In this document: piece by piece, positions 37,140 to 46,310 of the stretch
Layout of the letters: each line of letters begins with the position of its first letter
Numbering within the stretch: the stretch's first letter is position 1
Source: Hyphomicrobiaceae bacterium
GTDB lineage: Bacteria > Pseudomonadota > Alphaproteobacteria > Rhizobiales > Hyphomicrobiaceae
DNA: 64,000 bases
NCBI GenBank assembly: GCA_036280295.1
Contig: DASURA010000369.1
Location: 1,341-65,340 of the forward strand
Reading direction: 5' to 3'
Translations under genes and position numbers: made by a program
Notes under the pieces: model-generated
What the model was told of the DNA's origin: nothing
What the model saw: the letters and a program-made list of their open reading frames with translations, nothing else
The model's database searches: none

Positions 37140-38300
37140 ATGGAAAACAAAGCGCGTTACGCTGCCATCGGCCTGTTCACGCTCGCCGTGATGCTTGCCG
37201 GCTTCCTGTTCGTTTACTGGCTGCAGAATGTCGGCGGGCTCGGGCAACGGGCCATCTATCAGGTCCGCTTCCAGTCGCCGGTATCGGGGCTCCTGAAGGG
37301 CGGGGCCGTGCTGTTCAACGGCATCCGTGTCGGCGAGGTGACGGAGGTCGGCCTCTCGGCGGAGAACCCCAAGCAGGTGATGGCCACGGTAGCCATCGAT
37401 CCGGCAACCCCGGTGCGCGCCGATACCCATGTCGACGTCGAGTTCCAGGGCCTGACGGGCGCCACCGCCATCGCCTTGCGCGGCGGCAGCGCCACGGCGC
37501 CTGCCCTCGCCGCCGGGGCCGGAACGCCGCCGCTGCTGGTTGCCGACGATGCGGCCACCCAGAGCCTCACATCGGCCGCGCGCGAGGCGCTGCGGCGGCT
37601 GGACATGATCCTGGTCGAGAATGCCGAGCCGCTGAAGAGCACGCTCCAGAACCTCAACACCTTCTCCGGCGCGCTGGCGCGCAACTCCGACAAGCTCGAC
37701 GGAATTGTCGCCGGGCTGGAGCGGTTCACCGGTGGCGGGGTGAAAGGGCCGGTCACCACCTACGACCTGACGGCGCCACGCACCTTCCCACCCGTTGATA
37801 AGGTGGCGCCGGTGCAGATCGCGGTGCCGGACCCGGGCGCGCCGATATCACTCGACAACCAGAAGGTCCTGCCGCCGTTCGAGGGCGCCGAGGGCTTCGG
37901 CAACGCGCAGTGGGCGGATTCGATTCCGAAGCTGGTGCAGGCCAAGGTCATCCAGGCCATGGAGAACGCCCACTACGTGAGCGCCGTGAGCCGTCCGCTG
38001 GATGCGCTCAACGCCGACTATCAACTGCTTATCGACATCCGCACCTTCCGCATGCCGGCGAAGCCCGGTGGACCAGCCGAGGTGGAGCTCAGCGGCAAGG
38101 TGCTCGGCACCGGCGGCCGAATCCTCGCCAGCAAGGTGTTCGCCGGCAAGGCAGCGCGGGACGGCACCGATGCCGCCGCCATCATCGGCGCCCTCGACAC
38201 CGCCTTCGGCCAGGCGGTGACAGAGCTGGTGCCCTGGGTGGCCGGCGTGGTGCGGAACGCCCCGCCACCGGCGCCGCCCGCGGCCGTTCATCAGCAGTGA
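37140..38300 (+). CDS. mlaD: MlaD (MCE) domain protein fused to a PqiC/YmbA-like ABC-transport auxiliary domain
   Basis: 386 aa. TM anchor plus MCE domain (FQSPVSGLLKGGAVLFNGIRVGEVTEV), then a C-terminal half (TYDLTAPRTF...ADYQLLIDIRTFRM...) resembling the ABC_trans_aux lipoprotein family but with no signal peptide or lipobox of its own. Confidence 0.8.
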   Translation: MENKARYAAIGLFTLAVMLAGFLFVYWLQNVGGLGQRAIYQVRFQSPVSGLLKGGAVLFNGIRVGEVTEVGLSAENPKQVMATVAIDPATPVRADTHVDVEFQGLTGATAIALRGGSATAPALAAGAGTPPLLVADDAATQSLTSAAREALRRLDMILVENAEPLKSTLQNLNTFSGALARNSDKLDGIVAGLERFTGGGVKGPVTTYDLTAPRTFPPVDKVAPVQIAVPDPGAPISLDNQKVLPPFEGAEGFGNAQWADSIPKLVQAKVIQAMENAHYVSAVSRPLDALNADYQLLIDIRTFRMPAKPGGPAEVELSGKVLGTGGRILASKVFAGKAARDGTDAAAIIGALDTAFGQAVTELVPWVAGVVRNAPPPAPPAAVHQQ

Positions 38301-38405
38301 CATGGTGGCTTGCCGGAAGGCGGATTAGCGGAGCGCAATCCGCTGCCTCCGCCGCGACAGATCGCGGATTGCGGGCTGCGCGCTCGTCCGCCTGCCGACC
38401 CGGCG

Positions 38406-38419
38406 TTGACGCCGGTCAA
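38406..38419. promoter_or_regulatory. FNR/FixK-type box TTGAC-GCCG-GTCAA upstream of the single-domain USP gene
   Basis: Perfect palindromic half-sites. Its centre lies 72.5 nt upstream of ATG 38485, about the same offset as the 33468 box. Confidence 0.55.
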
Positions 38420-38484
38420 GGCTGACGCGCAGCGTGGCGCTAGCTTCCTGCCATCGGCGTCAGCGCCGGGTCTGGAGGCCATAA

Positions 38485-38922
38485 ATGTTCCAGCATATTC
38501 TGATCGCAACCGATGGGTCCGAGCTGGCGGAGCGAGCCGCGTCGCAGGGCATCGCGCTGGCCCAGCGGCTCAAGGCCAAAATAACTGTGGTTCACGCCAC
38601 TGATCCATGGGTTGCCGTGGTCGCCGGCGATGCGGCCATCGGCTTCCCGTCCAGGGACTACGACGAGAGCGCCGCCAAGGCTGCCGCCGCCATCCTGGCG
38701 CGCGCCGCCGACAAGGCCAAGGCCGCCGATGTGCCATGCACGCTCGTCCACATGAAGGACTCGTTCTCGGCGGACGGCATCCTCGCGGCGGCGAAGGAGC
38801 ACGGCTGCGACCTGATCGTCATGGGCTCGCACGGCCGGCGCGGGCTCGCCAAGCTGCTCCTCGGCAGCGTCGCCACCAGGGTGCTGACGCTGAGCCCGGT
38901 GCCGGTGCTGATCTGCCGGTAG
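38485..38922 (+). CDS. Universal stress protein UspA family
   Basis: 145 aa. MFQHILIATDGS..., C-terminal ATP-binding motif MGSHGRRGLAKLLLGSVA. Confidence 0.92.
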   Translation: MFQHILIATDGSELAERAASQGIALAQRLKAKITVVHATDPWVAVVAGDAAIGFPSRDYDESAAKAAAAILARAADKAKAADVPCTLVHMKDSFSADGILAAAKEHGCDLIVMGSHGRRGLAKLLLGSVATRVLTLSPVPVLICR

Positions 38923-38971
38923 CCCGGTCCGCTGCCCCAGGCACATCGTTCGATGCGGGCCAGCAATCCGC

Positions 38972-39937
38972 TCAAGGCCCGCCCATAAGCCGCGCCAGGG
39001 TGCCGGACTGCACCAGCCACATCACGCCGATCAGCGTCGGCACCGAGAGCATCGTGCCGATCAGTACCACGCTGGAGGCCTGCTCAATCCAGATGCCATA
39101 CTGGCGGGCGAAGACGTAGGCGGTCAGCGCCGGCGGCAACGCGGCCATCAGCACGGCCGTGGCGATCCACACCGGATCGAACGGCCCGAGCAATTGCAGC
39201 AGGGCCAGCACGACCACCGGATGCACGATGAGCTTGATCGCCGCCAGCACCGGCACGTCCGGGAGCACGCCACCGACCGGCCGCAACGCCACCGTGACCC
39301 CGAGAGCGAACAACGCGCACGGGGCAGCCGACGTGGACAGGAACTGCAGCAGCCGGTCGATCCCTTCCGGCGCCTCCAGGTGCAGCGCGGCAGCGACGGT
39401 TCCGAGGGCGGCCGCGATCAGCAGCGGATTGACCAGCACGCTGCGCACCACGTCCTTGATCGCCCGCCGCAGACCTGTGCTCGATGCGCCGGCGAGTGCC
39501 ATCATCATGGGCACCATGAGAAAGAACATCAGCGCGTCAAAGCAGAACACCAGCGCCACCGGCGTAGCGGCTTGCGGCCCGAGCAGGGCCAGCGCCAACG
39601 GCGGCCCCATGTAGCCGACATTACCGAAGCCGCCGCCCACGCCAGAAAGCACCGCCTCGCCGAGCTTGCCGTGCCGCAGCACGAGGCCAGCGATGAACGC
39701 CAGGCTGAAGACCGCCACCGTCGCCAGCACGGTCGCCGCAATGAAGCTCGGCTGGGCCAGCTGCTCCAGCGGCGTCCTCGAGAAGGTGCGGAAAAACAGA
39801 GCCGGCAGAGTGACGAAGAGAACGAAGAAGTTGAGCCACGCCAGCCCCTCATCGGGCAGCCGCTGCCACTTGCCGCAGCCAAAGCCGATCAGGATCACGC
39901 CGAAGAACGGCAGTGCCAGATTGATGATGTCGAGCAT
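38972..39937 (-). CDS. AEC (auxin efflux carrier) family transporter
   Basis: 321 aa, about 10 TM segments. N-terminus MLDIINLALPFFGVILIGFGCGK is typical of the family. Confidence 0.85.
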   Translation of the reverse strand: MLDIINLALPFFGVILIGFGCGKWQRLPDEGLAWLNFFVLFVTLPALFFRTFSRTPLEQLAQPSFIAATVLATVAVFSLAFIAGLVLRHGKLGEAVLSGVGGGFGNVGYMGPPLALALLGPQAATPVALVFCFDALMFFLMVPMMMALAGASSTGLRRAIKDVVRSVLVNPLLIAAALGTVAAALHLEAPEGIDRLLQFLSTSAAPCALFALGVTVALRPVGGVLPDVPVLAAIKLIVHPVVVLALLQLLGPFDPVWIATAVLMAALPPALTAYVFARQYGIWIEQASSVVLIGTMLSVPTLIGVMWLVQSGTLARLMGGP

Positions 39938-40035
39938 ATGCGGGCGGGCTTGGGGTGGCGGGCGGAATGTGGAGCCACCTCACCTAGCACGCAGGCGCAT
40001 GCTGCGGTTGCAACCCAGCGTCGCAGCCGGGCGGC

Positions 40036-40080
40036 GAATTGCGAATGGTCAATCGAAATGCGGTCAGCCATTCGCAATTC
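40036..40080. repeat. Perfect 13-bp inverted repeat just 3' of the 123-aa ORF
   Basis: GAATTGCGAATGG-N19-CCATTCGCAATTC, followed by a partial third copy, ACCATTCGCCATTC. No U-tract. Confidence 0.6.
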
Positions 40081-40102
40081 ACCATTCGCCATTCCCGTTT
40101 TC

Positions 40103-40474
40103 TCAATCGTCCAGATCTCGCACCATGACGATGCGGAAGGTGCGCATCTCGCCGTCTCGCTCCTTGATGGACACATACTCGCCCGGGGCGAAGCGGTGGC
40201 GATCGAACTTGAAGCCGGGCTCGTCATCGTCGGTGGACTTGGGGTCGTAGTCGAACGCCCAGCCGCCGCCGCGGTGCACGAGATGCCCCACCTCGTTCTT
40301 CGCCCCGGGCCAGAAACGGATGACGCGGCAGCGCTCGCGCTGCTTGCGCCACTCGTCGTGGACGATATGACCGGCATCGTCGAGCGGCGCAGCGAACTCG
40401 TAGCCACGCTCGCTTGAGCCATTCGGGAACTGGCGGTCGCGCGCCAGCTCGATCTTGATGCGCTTCATCGTCAT
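40103..40474 (-). CDS. Conserved-looking hypothetical protein (123 aa)
   Basis: MTMKRIKIELARDRQFPNG...; soluble and charged, with good third-position GC bias. I recognise no family. An FNR-type box lies about 65 nt upstream. Confidence 0.6.
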   Translation of the reverse strand: MTMKRIKIELARDRQFPNGSSERGYEFAAPLDDAGHIVHDEWRKQRERCRVIRFWPGAKNEVGHLVHRGGGWAFDYDPKSTDDDEPGFKFDRHRFAPGEYVSIKERDGEMRTFRIVMVRDLDD

Positions 40475-40532
40475 TTTTACGCTCCTGCCGGCTTATCGGG
40501 ATCCGAGATGCCCGCATGGGGCGTCACTCTCA

Positions 40533-40546
40533 TTGACGGCCATCAA
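40533..40546. promoter_or_regulatory. FNR/FixK-type box TTGAC-GGCC-ATCAA in the divergent region between the 123-aa ORF and the Pat-like gene
   Basis: Both consensus half-sites are present. The centre is 65.5 nt from ATG 40474 (minus strand) and 188 nt from ATG 40728 (plus strand). Confidence 0.5.
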
Positions 40547-40727
40547 AGAGTGGCACAGTGAGAAGCGCCAAGGTTGGCGAATGTCCCGCTGTTGGTTAGC
40601 GGTTAGCGGCGTCTCCTGATGCGGTCAGCCCCACGCCGCTGCGGCCGTGCGTCAGGCAGATGTCTGGTGCAAGGGTCTGCCCCCGCAGGAAGCCTCTTGC
40701 GAAGCCGTTTGCAGGGTGGTGCCACTC

Positions 40728-43403
40728 ATGACCGTCCGCAATCTCGATCACCTGTTGAAGCCGCGCTCGGTGGCCTTGATCGGCGCCAGCGACCGGCCCG
40801 GAAGCGTCGGGCTGATTACCGGGCGGAACCTGCGCGCCGGGGGGTTCTCCGGCCCCATCCGTCTGGTCAACCCCAGGCATGCCGAGATCGACGGCAGCCC
40901 CTGCTACCCGAGCGTGGCGGCGTTGCCCGAGACGCCCGATCTCGCCGTCATCGCCACGCCGCCGCAGACTGTCCCGGCCCTGATCAGTGAGCTGGGTGCC
41001 ACGGGCGGGCGCGCGGCGGTGGTCATCACCGCCGGCATTCGCGGCGAGCTGAAGCAGACCATGCTGGATGAGGCGAAGCCGTATACGCTGCGCATCCAGG
41101 GGCCCAACTGCATCGGCCTGCAGCTGCCGCGCATCGGCCTCAACGCCAGCTTCGCACCGAAGCCACTGCCCGGCGATATCGCCTTCCTTTCCCAATCCGG
41201 CGCGCTCATCACCGGCATCGTCGACTGGGCCACGGGCCACAACATCGGCTTCAGCCACGTCGTCTCGCTGGGAGACATGGCCGACGTCGACTTCGGCGAC
41301 ATGCTCGACTACCTCGCGGTCGACCCGCAATGCCGCTCCATCGTGCTCTATATGGAATCGATCACGAGCGCGCCGAAGTTCCTGTCCGCCGCCCGGCGCG
41401 CAGCGCGGTCGAAACCGGTCATCGTGGTGAAGGCCGGACGCAGCACCACCGGCGCCAAGGCGGCGCTCTCGCACACGGGCGCGCTGGCCGGCGCCGATGC
41501 GGCCTATGACGCCGCCTTCTGCCGCGCCGGCCTGCTGCGTGTGCGCGAGCTGCATGACCTGTTCAGCGCCGCCGAGATGCTGGCGCGGCATCCACGCCGG
41601 CTGGCCGGCAACCGGCTCGCCATCCTCACCAACGGCGGCGGCGCCGGCGTGATGGCGACGGACAGACTGGGCGATCGAAACGGCACGCTGGCCGTGCTCG
41701 CCGATGCAACGCGGACGTCGCTCGACTCGGTGCTGCCGCCGACCTGGTCGCGTGGCAATCCCATCGACATCATCGGCGATGCCGACGCGGCGCGCTACCG
41801 GGCGGCGCTGGAAATTCTGCTCGGCACCGACGACTGCGATGCCGTTCTCATCATGAACTGCCCGACGGCCCTCACATCGAGCACCGCCATCGCCAGGGAG
41901 GTGGTGGCGGTGGCCGAGGAACGGCGGGCGAGTGGCCGGCCGGTGAAGCCGGTGCTCGCAGTCTGGCTCGGCGATGCGGCAAGCCATGATGCGCGCCAGC
42001 TGTTTGCCGCCAAGGGCATCGCCAGCTTCGAGACACCGGACGACGGAGTCGACGGCTTCATGCAGCTGGTCGATTATGCCCGCGTGCAGGAACAGCTGAT
42101 GCGCACGCCGCCGTCGCTGCCCGGCGGTCTGACATTCGACGATGCCAAGGCTGCCGCCATCATCCAGGCGGCGCTCGACGCCCGACGCCCGGTGCTTTCC
42201 GAGACCGAGGCCAAGGCGCTGCTGGCTGCCTGCGGCATCCCGGTGGTGCCCACCGCCATCGCCACCACCCCGCAAGAGGCGGGGCACCTGGCGCGGAGCA
42301 TCATTGCCGAGCACGGCGCCTGCGTGATCAAGATCCTCTCCGACGACATCCCGCACAAGTCGGACGTGGGCGGCGTACGGCTCGGGCTGGAGCGCCCCGA
42401 GGAGGCCGAACGGGCCGCGGCAGACATGCTGGCGCGCATCGCCCACAACATGCCTGACGCGAAGATTGCAGGCTTCACGGTGCAGCCGATGATCCGCCGC
42501 TCGCGCGCGCATGAGCTGATCCTCGGCATGTCGGTCGATCCCACCTTCGGGCCGCTGATGATGTTCGGCGCCGGCGGCACGGCGGTCGAGGTCGTACGCG
42601 ACACCGCGCACGCCTTGCCGCCGCTCGACATGAACCTGGCGCGGGACATGATGCAGCGGACGCGGGTGTGGCGGCTGCTGCAGGGCTATCGCGACCGCCC
42701 TGCCGCCGATCTCGACGGCATCGCCGAGGTCCTCGTGCGGCTGAGCTATCTGGTGGCACGCCACCCCGAGATCCGCGAGATCGACATCAATCCGCTGCTC
42801 GCCGATCACAGCGCCGTGGTCGCGGTCGATGCCAGGGCGCGGGTGGCAGATGCCAGCGCCGAGCCGCGGGTGCCGATGTCGATCCGGCCGTACCCATCGC
42901 AATACGAGCTCCAGACCGATGTGGCCGGCCTGGGCAAAATCTGCATCCGGCCGATCCGGCCCGAGGATGAGACTCTCTACCAGGAGTTCTTCGCCGCCGT
43001 CACCATCGAGGACCGCCGCCTGCGCTTCTTCGGCGCCGGCCCCGACATCTCGCACAGTTTCCTGGCCACCCTGACGCAGATCGACTATGCGCGCGAGATG
43101 GCCTTCGTGGCCGTGCTGGAGGCCACCGGGGAGCTGCTGGGCGTCTCCCGCTTCATCGCCGATCCTGACTACACGCGCGGCGAGTATGCCGTCCAGGTGC
43201 GATCCGACCTCAAGGGCCTCGGCCTGGGATGGATGCTGATGCAGCATCTGATCGACTATGCCAGGACAGAGGGGCTGAAGGAGCTGTACGGCAGCGTGCT
43301 GGTGGACAACGGCACGATGCTCAGGATGTGCCGCGAGCTCGGCTTCGCCATCGAGCCCGCCCCGGAGGACGTGGGCGTCCGGCGCGTGGTGCTGAAGCTG
43401 TAG
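40728..43403 (+). CDS. Pat/Pka-like protein acetyltransferase: NDP-forming acyl-CoA synthetase-like domains plus C-terminal GNAT
   Basis: 891 aa from MTVRNLDHLLKPRSVALIGAS (CoA-binding). Succinyl-CoA-synthetase-like and ATP-grasp regions. C-terminal GNAT (RSDLKGLGLGWMLMQHLIDYAR). Confidence 0.88.
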   Translation: MTVRNLDHLLKPRSVALIGASDRPGSVGLITGRNLRAGGFSGPIRLVNPRHAEIDGSPCYPSVAALPETPDLAVIATPPQTVPALISELGATGGRAAVVITAGIRGELKQTMLDEAKPYTLRIQGPNCIGLQLPRIGLNASFAPKPLPGDIAFLSQSGALITGIVDWATGHNIGFSHVVSLGDMADVDFGDMLDYLAVDPQCRSIVLYMESITSAPKFLSAARRAARSKPVIVVKAGRSTTGAKAALSHTGALAGADAAYDAAFCRAGLLRVRELHDLFSAAEMLARHPRRLAGNRLAILTNGGGAGVMATDRLGDRNGTLAVLADATRTSLDSVLPPTWSRGNPIDIIGDADAARYRAALEILLGTDDCDAVLIMNCPTALTSSTAIAREVVAVAEERRASGRPVKPVLAVWLGDAASHDARQLFAAKGIASFETPDDGVDGFMQLVDYARVQEQLMRTPPSLPGGLTFDDAKAAAIIQAALDARRPVLSETEAKALLAACGIPVVPTAIATTPQEAGHLARSIIAEHGACVIKILSDDIPHKSDVGGVRLGLERPEEAERAAADMLARIAHNMPDAKIAGFTVQPMIRRSRAHELILGMSVDPTFGPLMMFGAGGTAVEVVRDTAHALPPLDMNLARDMMQRTRVWRLLQGYRDRPAADLDGIAEVLVRLSYLVARHPEIREIDINPLLADHSAVVAVDARARVADASAEPRVPMSIRPYPSQYELQTDVAGLGKICIRPIRPEDETLYQEFFAAVTIEDRRLRFFGAGPDISHSFLATLTQIDYAREMAFVAVLEATGELLGVSRFIADPDYTRGEYAVQVRSDLKGLGLGWMLMQHLIDYARTEGLKELYGSVLVDNGTMLRMCRELGFAIEPAPEDVGVRRVVLKL

Positions 43404-43414
43404 TGCGCATCGCC

Positions 43415-44380
43415 TCAAGGGACCAGATTGACGAGCGGCTCTCCCTGCATGAGCCGTGTGAGATTGCCGGTGGCGCTCTCGGCCAGCCGCACGAGGCTCG
43501 GCAGGCTGCCGCCACCGGCGAAGTGCGGCGAGACAATCAGGTTGGGCGCGGCCCACAGCGGATCGTCCGGCGGCAGCGGCTCGGGATCGACGGCATCAAG
43601 GCCGGCTGCGCTCACCCGCCCGGACGCGAGGGCATCGGCCAGCGCCAGCTGGTCGACGAGCCCGCCACGGGCGACGTTCACCAGCACCACGCCGGGCTTG
43701 CAGGCGGCCAGCCGGCGACGGTCCAGGAGATGATGCGTCTCTGCCGTCAAGGCGATCGTCAGCATGATCACGTCGGCGCGTGCCAGCACGCGATCGAGCT
43801 CGTCGAGCGGATGGCACTCGTCGAGAAGCGCATCGACCTTGCGCGTGCGCGAGATCCCGATTGTCCTGATGCCGAACGCCTTGGCGCGCTGCGCCACCTC
43901 GCGGCCGATCTGTCCGTAGCCGACAATGGCCATCGACTTGCCTTCGACAGACATAGCCTTGGCCGAGACGCCGATGCGTGACCAGTCGCGCCTGGACTGA
44001 TGGTCGAGCATGTCAGGCACGCGGCGCACCAGCGCCAGCAGCAGCGCCATCGCATGCTCGGCGACGGTCGGAGCCACGCATCCGGCCGGCGTGGTAACCG
44101 CGACACCGCTTGGCAGGCCGGCCGCCTCGAACCCTTCGCGCCCGGCGGTGAGGAAATGCATCCAGCGCAGCGCATTGCCGGGTGCTGCCAGCGCCTCGAC
44201 AACCTGTCGGGCCTGCGCGGCGGGCGCGTCGTAGAGGATCAGCGCCTCCGCGCCCTTTAGCGCCGCGAGCAGATCGGCGACCTCCTCGACAACGACAAGC
44301 TCCACGCCGGGAATCGCCTGCAGCCCCGCAATCACCTGCTTCCGGGCCAGCTGCATGCGAGCCCAATAGACAACGCGCAT
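43415..44380 (-). CDS. D-isomer-specific 2-hydroxyacid dehydrogenase family protein
   Basis: 321 aa from MRVVYWAR. NAD motif IVGYGQIGREVA, ...VNVARGGLVD..., ...SPHFAG. Confidence 0.88.
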   Translation of the reverse strand: MRVVYWARMQLARKQVIAGLQAIPGVELVVVEEVADLLAALKGAEALILYDAPAAQARQVVEALAAPGNALRWMHFLTAGREGFEAAGLPSGVAVTTPAGCVAPTVAEHAMALLLALVRRVPDMLDHQSRRDWSRIGVSAKAMSVEGKSMAIVGYGQIGREVAQRAKAFGIRTIGISRTRKVDALLDECHPLDELDRVLARADVIMLTIALTAETHHLLDRRRLAACKPGVVLVNVARGGLVDQLALADALASGRVSAAGLDAVDPEPLPPDDPLWAAPNLIVSPHFAGGGSLPSLVRLAESATGNLTRLMQGEPLVNLVP

Positions 44381-44448
44381 TGATGCCTTCCTTGCCAAGC
44401 CTGCCGTCGCGACGGAGAGAGCCCATGTGTGCCCTCCGTATCGGTCCT

Positions 44449-45033
44449 TCACGCCAAATGGTCCTGGTAGGTGGCCGCGGGCGCCGGGATAACCGTGCCG
44501 TAGACGGCGAGCAGCTTGCGCAGGACGTTGAAGGTGACGCGGCGCTCCTCCGTCGTGAGTGCCCGCAACAGCTTCAGCTGCTCGGCAACCGCCTCAGGGA
44601 ACACCGCCTCGGCAAGCGCGCGCCCGGTGGGCGTGATGTCGACGATGCGTCGGTGCCGGTGTGCGGAATCGACGCTGATCCAAACGAGCCCACGCCCGCT
44701 CAGGCCGCGCAGGACGCGGGTCGCCTGTGCCTTGTCGAAATTGGAGATCCGGCACAGCGTGGTGAGCCCCATCGGTGCCGACTCACTGAGCCGTCCGAGA
44801 ATCCGCCACTCCGGCAGGGAAAGGCCATGCCGACGCGCGTAAACCGCGGTGCTCTCCTGATGAATGACGTTGGCAACCCGCAACAGCAGTGCACTCGGGT
44901 ATTCGGCCAGATCGAGCTGGCACCCCTGCTCAACGGCGGCATTCCAGGGATCGGCACCGGTGCCATCCGGGCGAGGCGCCGGCTTGGCGGCCAGCTCCGC
45001 TTGGCCCCTGCCCGGCGGGCGCTGCATCGACAT
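44449..45033 (-). CDS. MarR-family transcriptional regulator
   Basis: 194 aa. LSLPEWRILGRLSESAPMGLTTLCRISNFDKAQATRVLRGLSGRGLV winged-helix core. Confidence 0.88.
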   Translation of the reverse strand: MSMQRPPGRGQAELAAKPAPRPDGTGADPWNAAVEQGCQLDLAEYPSALLLRVANVIHQESTAVYARRHGLSLPEWRILGRLSESAPMGLTTLCRISNFDKAQATRVLRGLSGRGLVWISVDSAHRHRRIVDITPTGRALAEAVFPEAVAEQLKLLRALTTEERRVTFNVLRKLLAVYGTVIPAPAATYQDHLA

Positions 45034-45140
45034 GGCGTTCTCCTACCCCAGGTGACGAGAGCGGCCTTGGATCACCTGCTGCAGACAGTCTAGGCCGGAA
45101 TGTAGACAGGTCAACTTCTCGGTCTCATTCGCATGCTGCT

Positions 45141-46094
45141 TCAGTCGAACGGGTAGACACCGGGCTGCGGCTCGTAGGCCTGTTTGATGCCGCGGATGCC
45201 CGAGCGCAACATGGCCTCCCAGGATTCGCGGGTGGTGGCACCAATGTGAGGCGAGCCAAAGAAGTTGGGCACGTCGAGCAGCGGATTGCCATTGGCCGGC
45301 TCGACCGCAAACACGTCGAAGGCGGCACCGGCGATATGGCCGCTCTCCAGCCGCGCCTTCAGCGCCACCTCGTCGACCATGCCACCGCGCGCGCAATTGA
45401 CCAGGACCGCGCCGGGCTTCATCCGGTCGAGCACCTGCGCCGAATACATGCCGATGGTGGTGGTATTGCGGGAGAGGTGGATGGTGAGCACGTCCGAGCG
45501 CGCCCACAGCTCGTCGGCGTCGACCTTCTCGACGCCATACTGCCTGTAGAAATCGGAATAGTCGACACGGTCGCAGGCAAGGATCTTTACCCCGTATGGC
45601 TGCAGCAGCTTCACCACCTCCTTGCCAATGTGGCCGCAGCCGTGGATGCCGACAGTGCGGCCCCTGAGATCGGTGCCGAAGCCGATTGGCCCCTTCCACT
45701 CGCCGCGTGCCAGCACGCCGGAGAAGACGTGCAGCCGGCGCACGGCCAGCACCATGTAGCAGACGGCCAGCTCCGACACGGAGATCTTGTTGATGCCGGC
45801 TGCCCACCACATGCGCTTGCCGTGCTTCTTGAGGATGGCGGGATCGATATGGTCGACGCCGGCCGAGCACAGCGATATCACCTTGAGCTCCGGGAGCGCG
45901 GCACAGACCCGGTCTGAGAAGCGGTCCAGCCCGATGATGGCGGTGTCGCAGCCGGCGACGTACTCGATCAGCTCATCCTCCGTTAGCGGGCGCCGCTCGG
46001 TGCGGAACCTGGTGTCGGGATAGGCGGCGGCCAGCTCGGCCTTCAGCTCGGGGAAGAAGTCGAAATAGGGGGTGGTGACGGCGATGCGAGGCAT
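45141..46094 (-). CDS. D-isomer-specific 2-hydroxyacid dehydrogenase (phosphoglycerate dehydrogenase-like)
   Basis: 317 aa. NAD motif IHGCGHIGKEV, VNCARGGMVDE, SPHIGATT. Confidence 0.88.
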   Translation of the reverse strand: MPRIAVTTPYFDFFPELKAELAAAYPDTRFRTERRPLTEDELIEYVAGCDTAIIGLDRFSDRVCAALPELKVISLCSAGVDHIDPAILKKHGKRMWWAAGINKISVSELAVCYMVLAVRRLHVFSGVLARGEWKGPIGFGTDLRGRTVGIHGCGHIGKEVVKLLQPYGVKILACDRVDYSDFYRQYGVEKVDADELWARSDVLTIHLSRNTTTIGMYSAQVLDRMKPGAVLVNCARGGMVDEVALKARLESGHIAGAAFDVFAVEPANGNPLLDVPNFFGSPHIGATTRESWEAMLRSGIRGIKQAYEPQPGVYPFD

Positions 46095-46238
46095 GCGGGC
46101 GTATCCGGGATGAGCGATGAAGGTGGGAGAAAGCCTGGGCGAAGCCGCACGCTAACAGGGCACCGAAGCGATGAAAAGCGATGCGGCTATGGGCATTGGC
46201 AGCCCCAGTTGGCCGGGCGCCGGAAATTTTTTCAGGTC

Positions 46239-46271
46239 GGTGTCGGCATCGGCTACCCTGGTCCGTCCTTG
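46239..46271 (+). promoter_or_regulatory. Candidate ECF-sigma promoter upstream of the yciI-sigma operon
   Basis: GGTGTCGG-N17-CGTCCTTG. The -10-like element ends 40 nt upstream of ATG 46311. The same 8+17+8 pattern occurs at 48166-48198. Confidence 0.6.
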
Positions 46272-46310
46272 ACACGACCCGTGACAGCCGACCGTACCGA
46301 AGGAGCCCCG

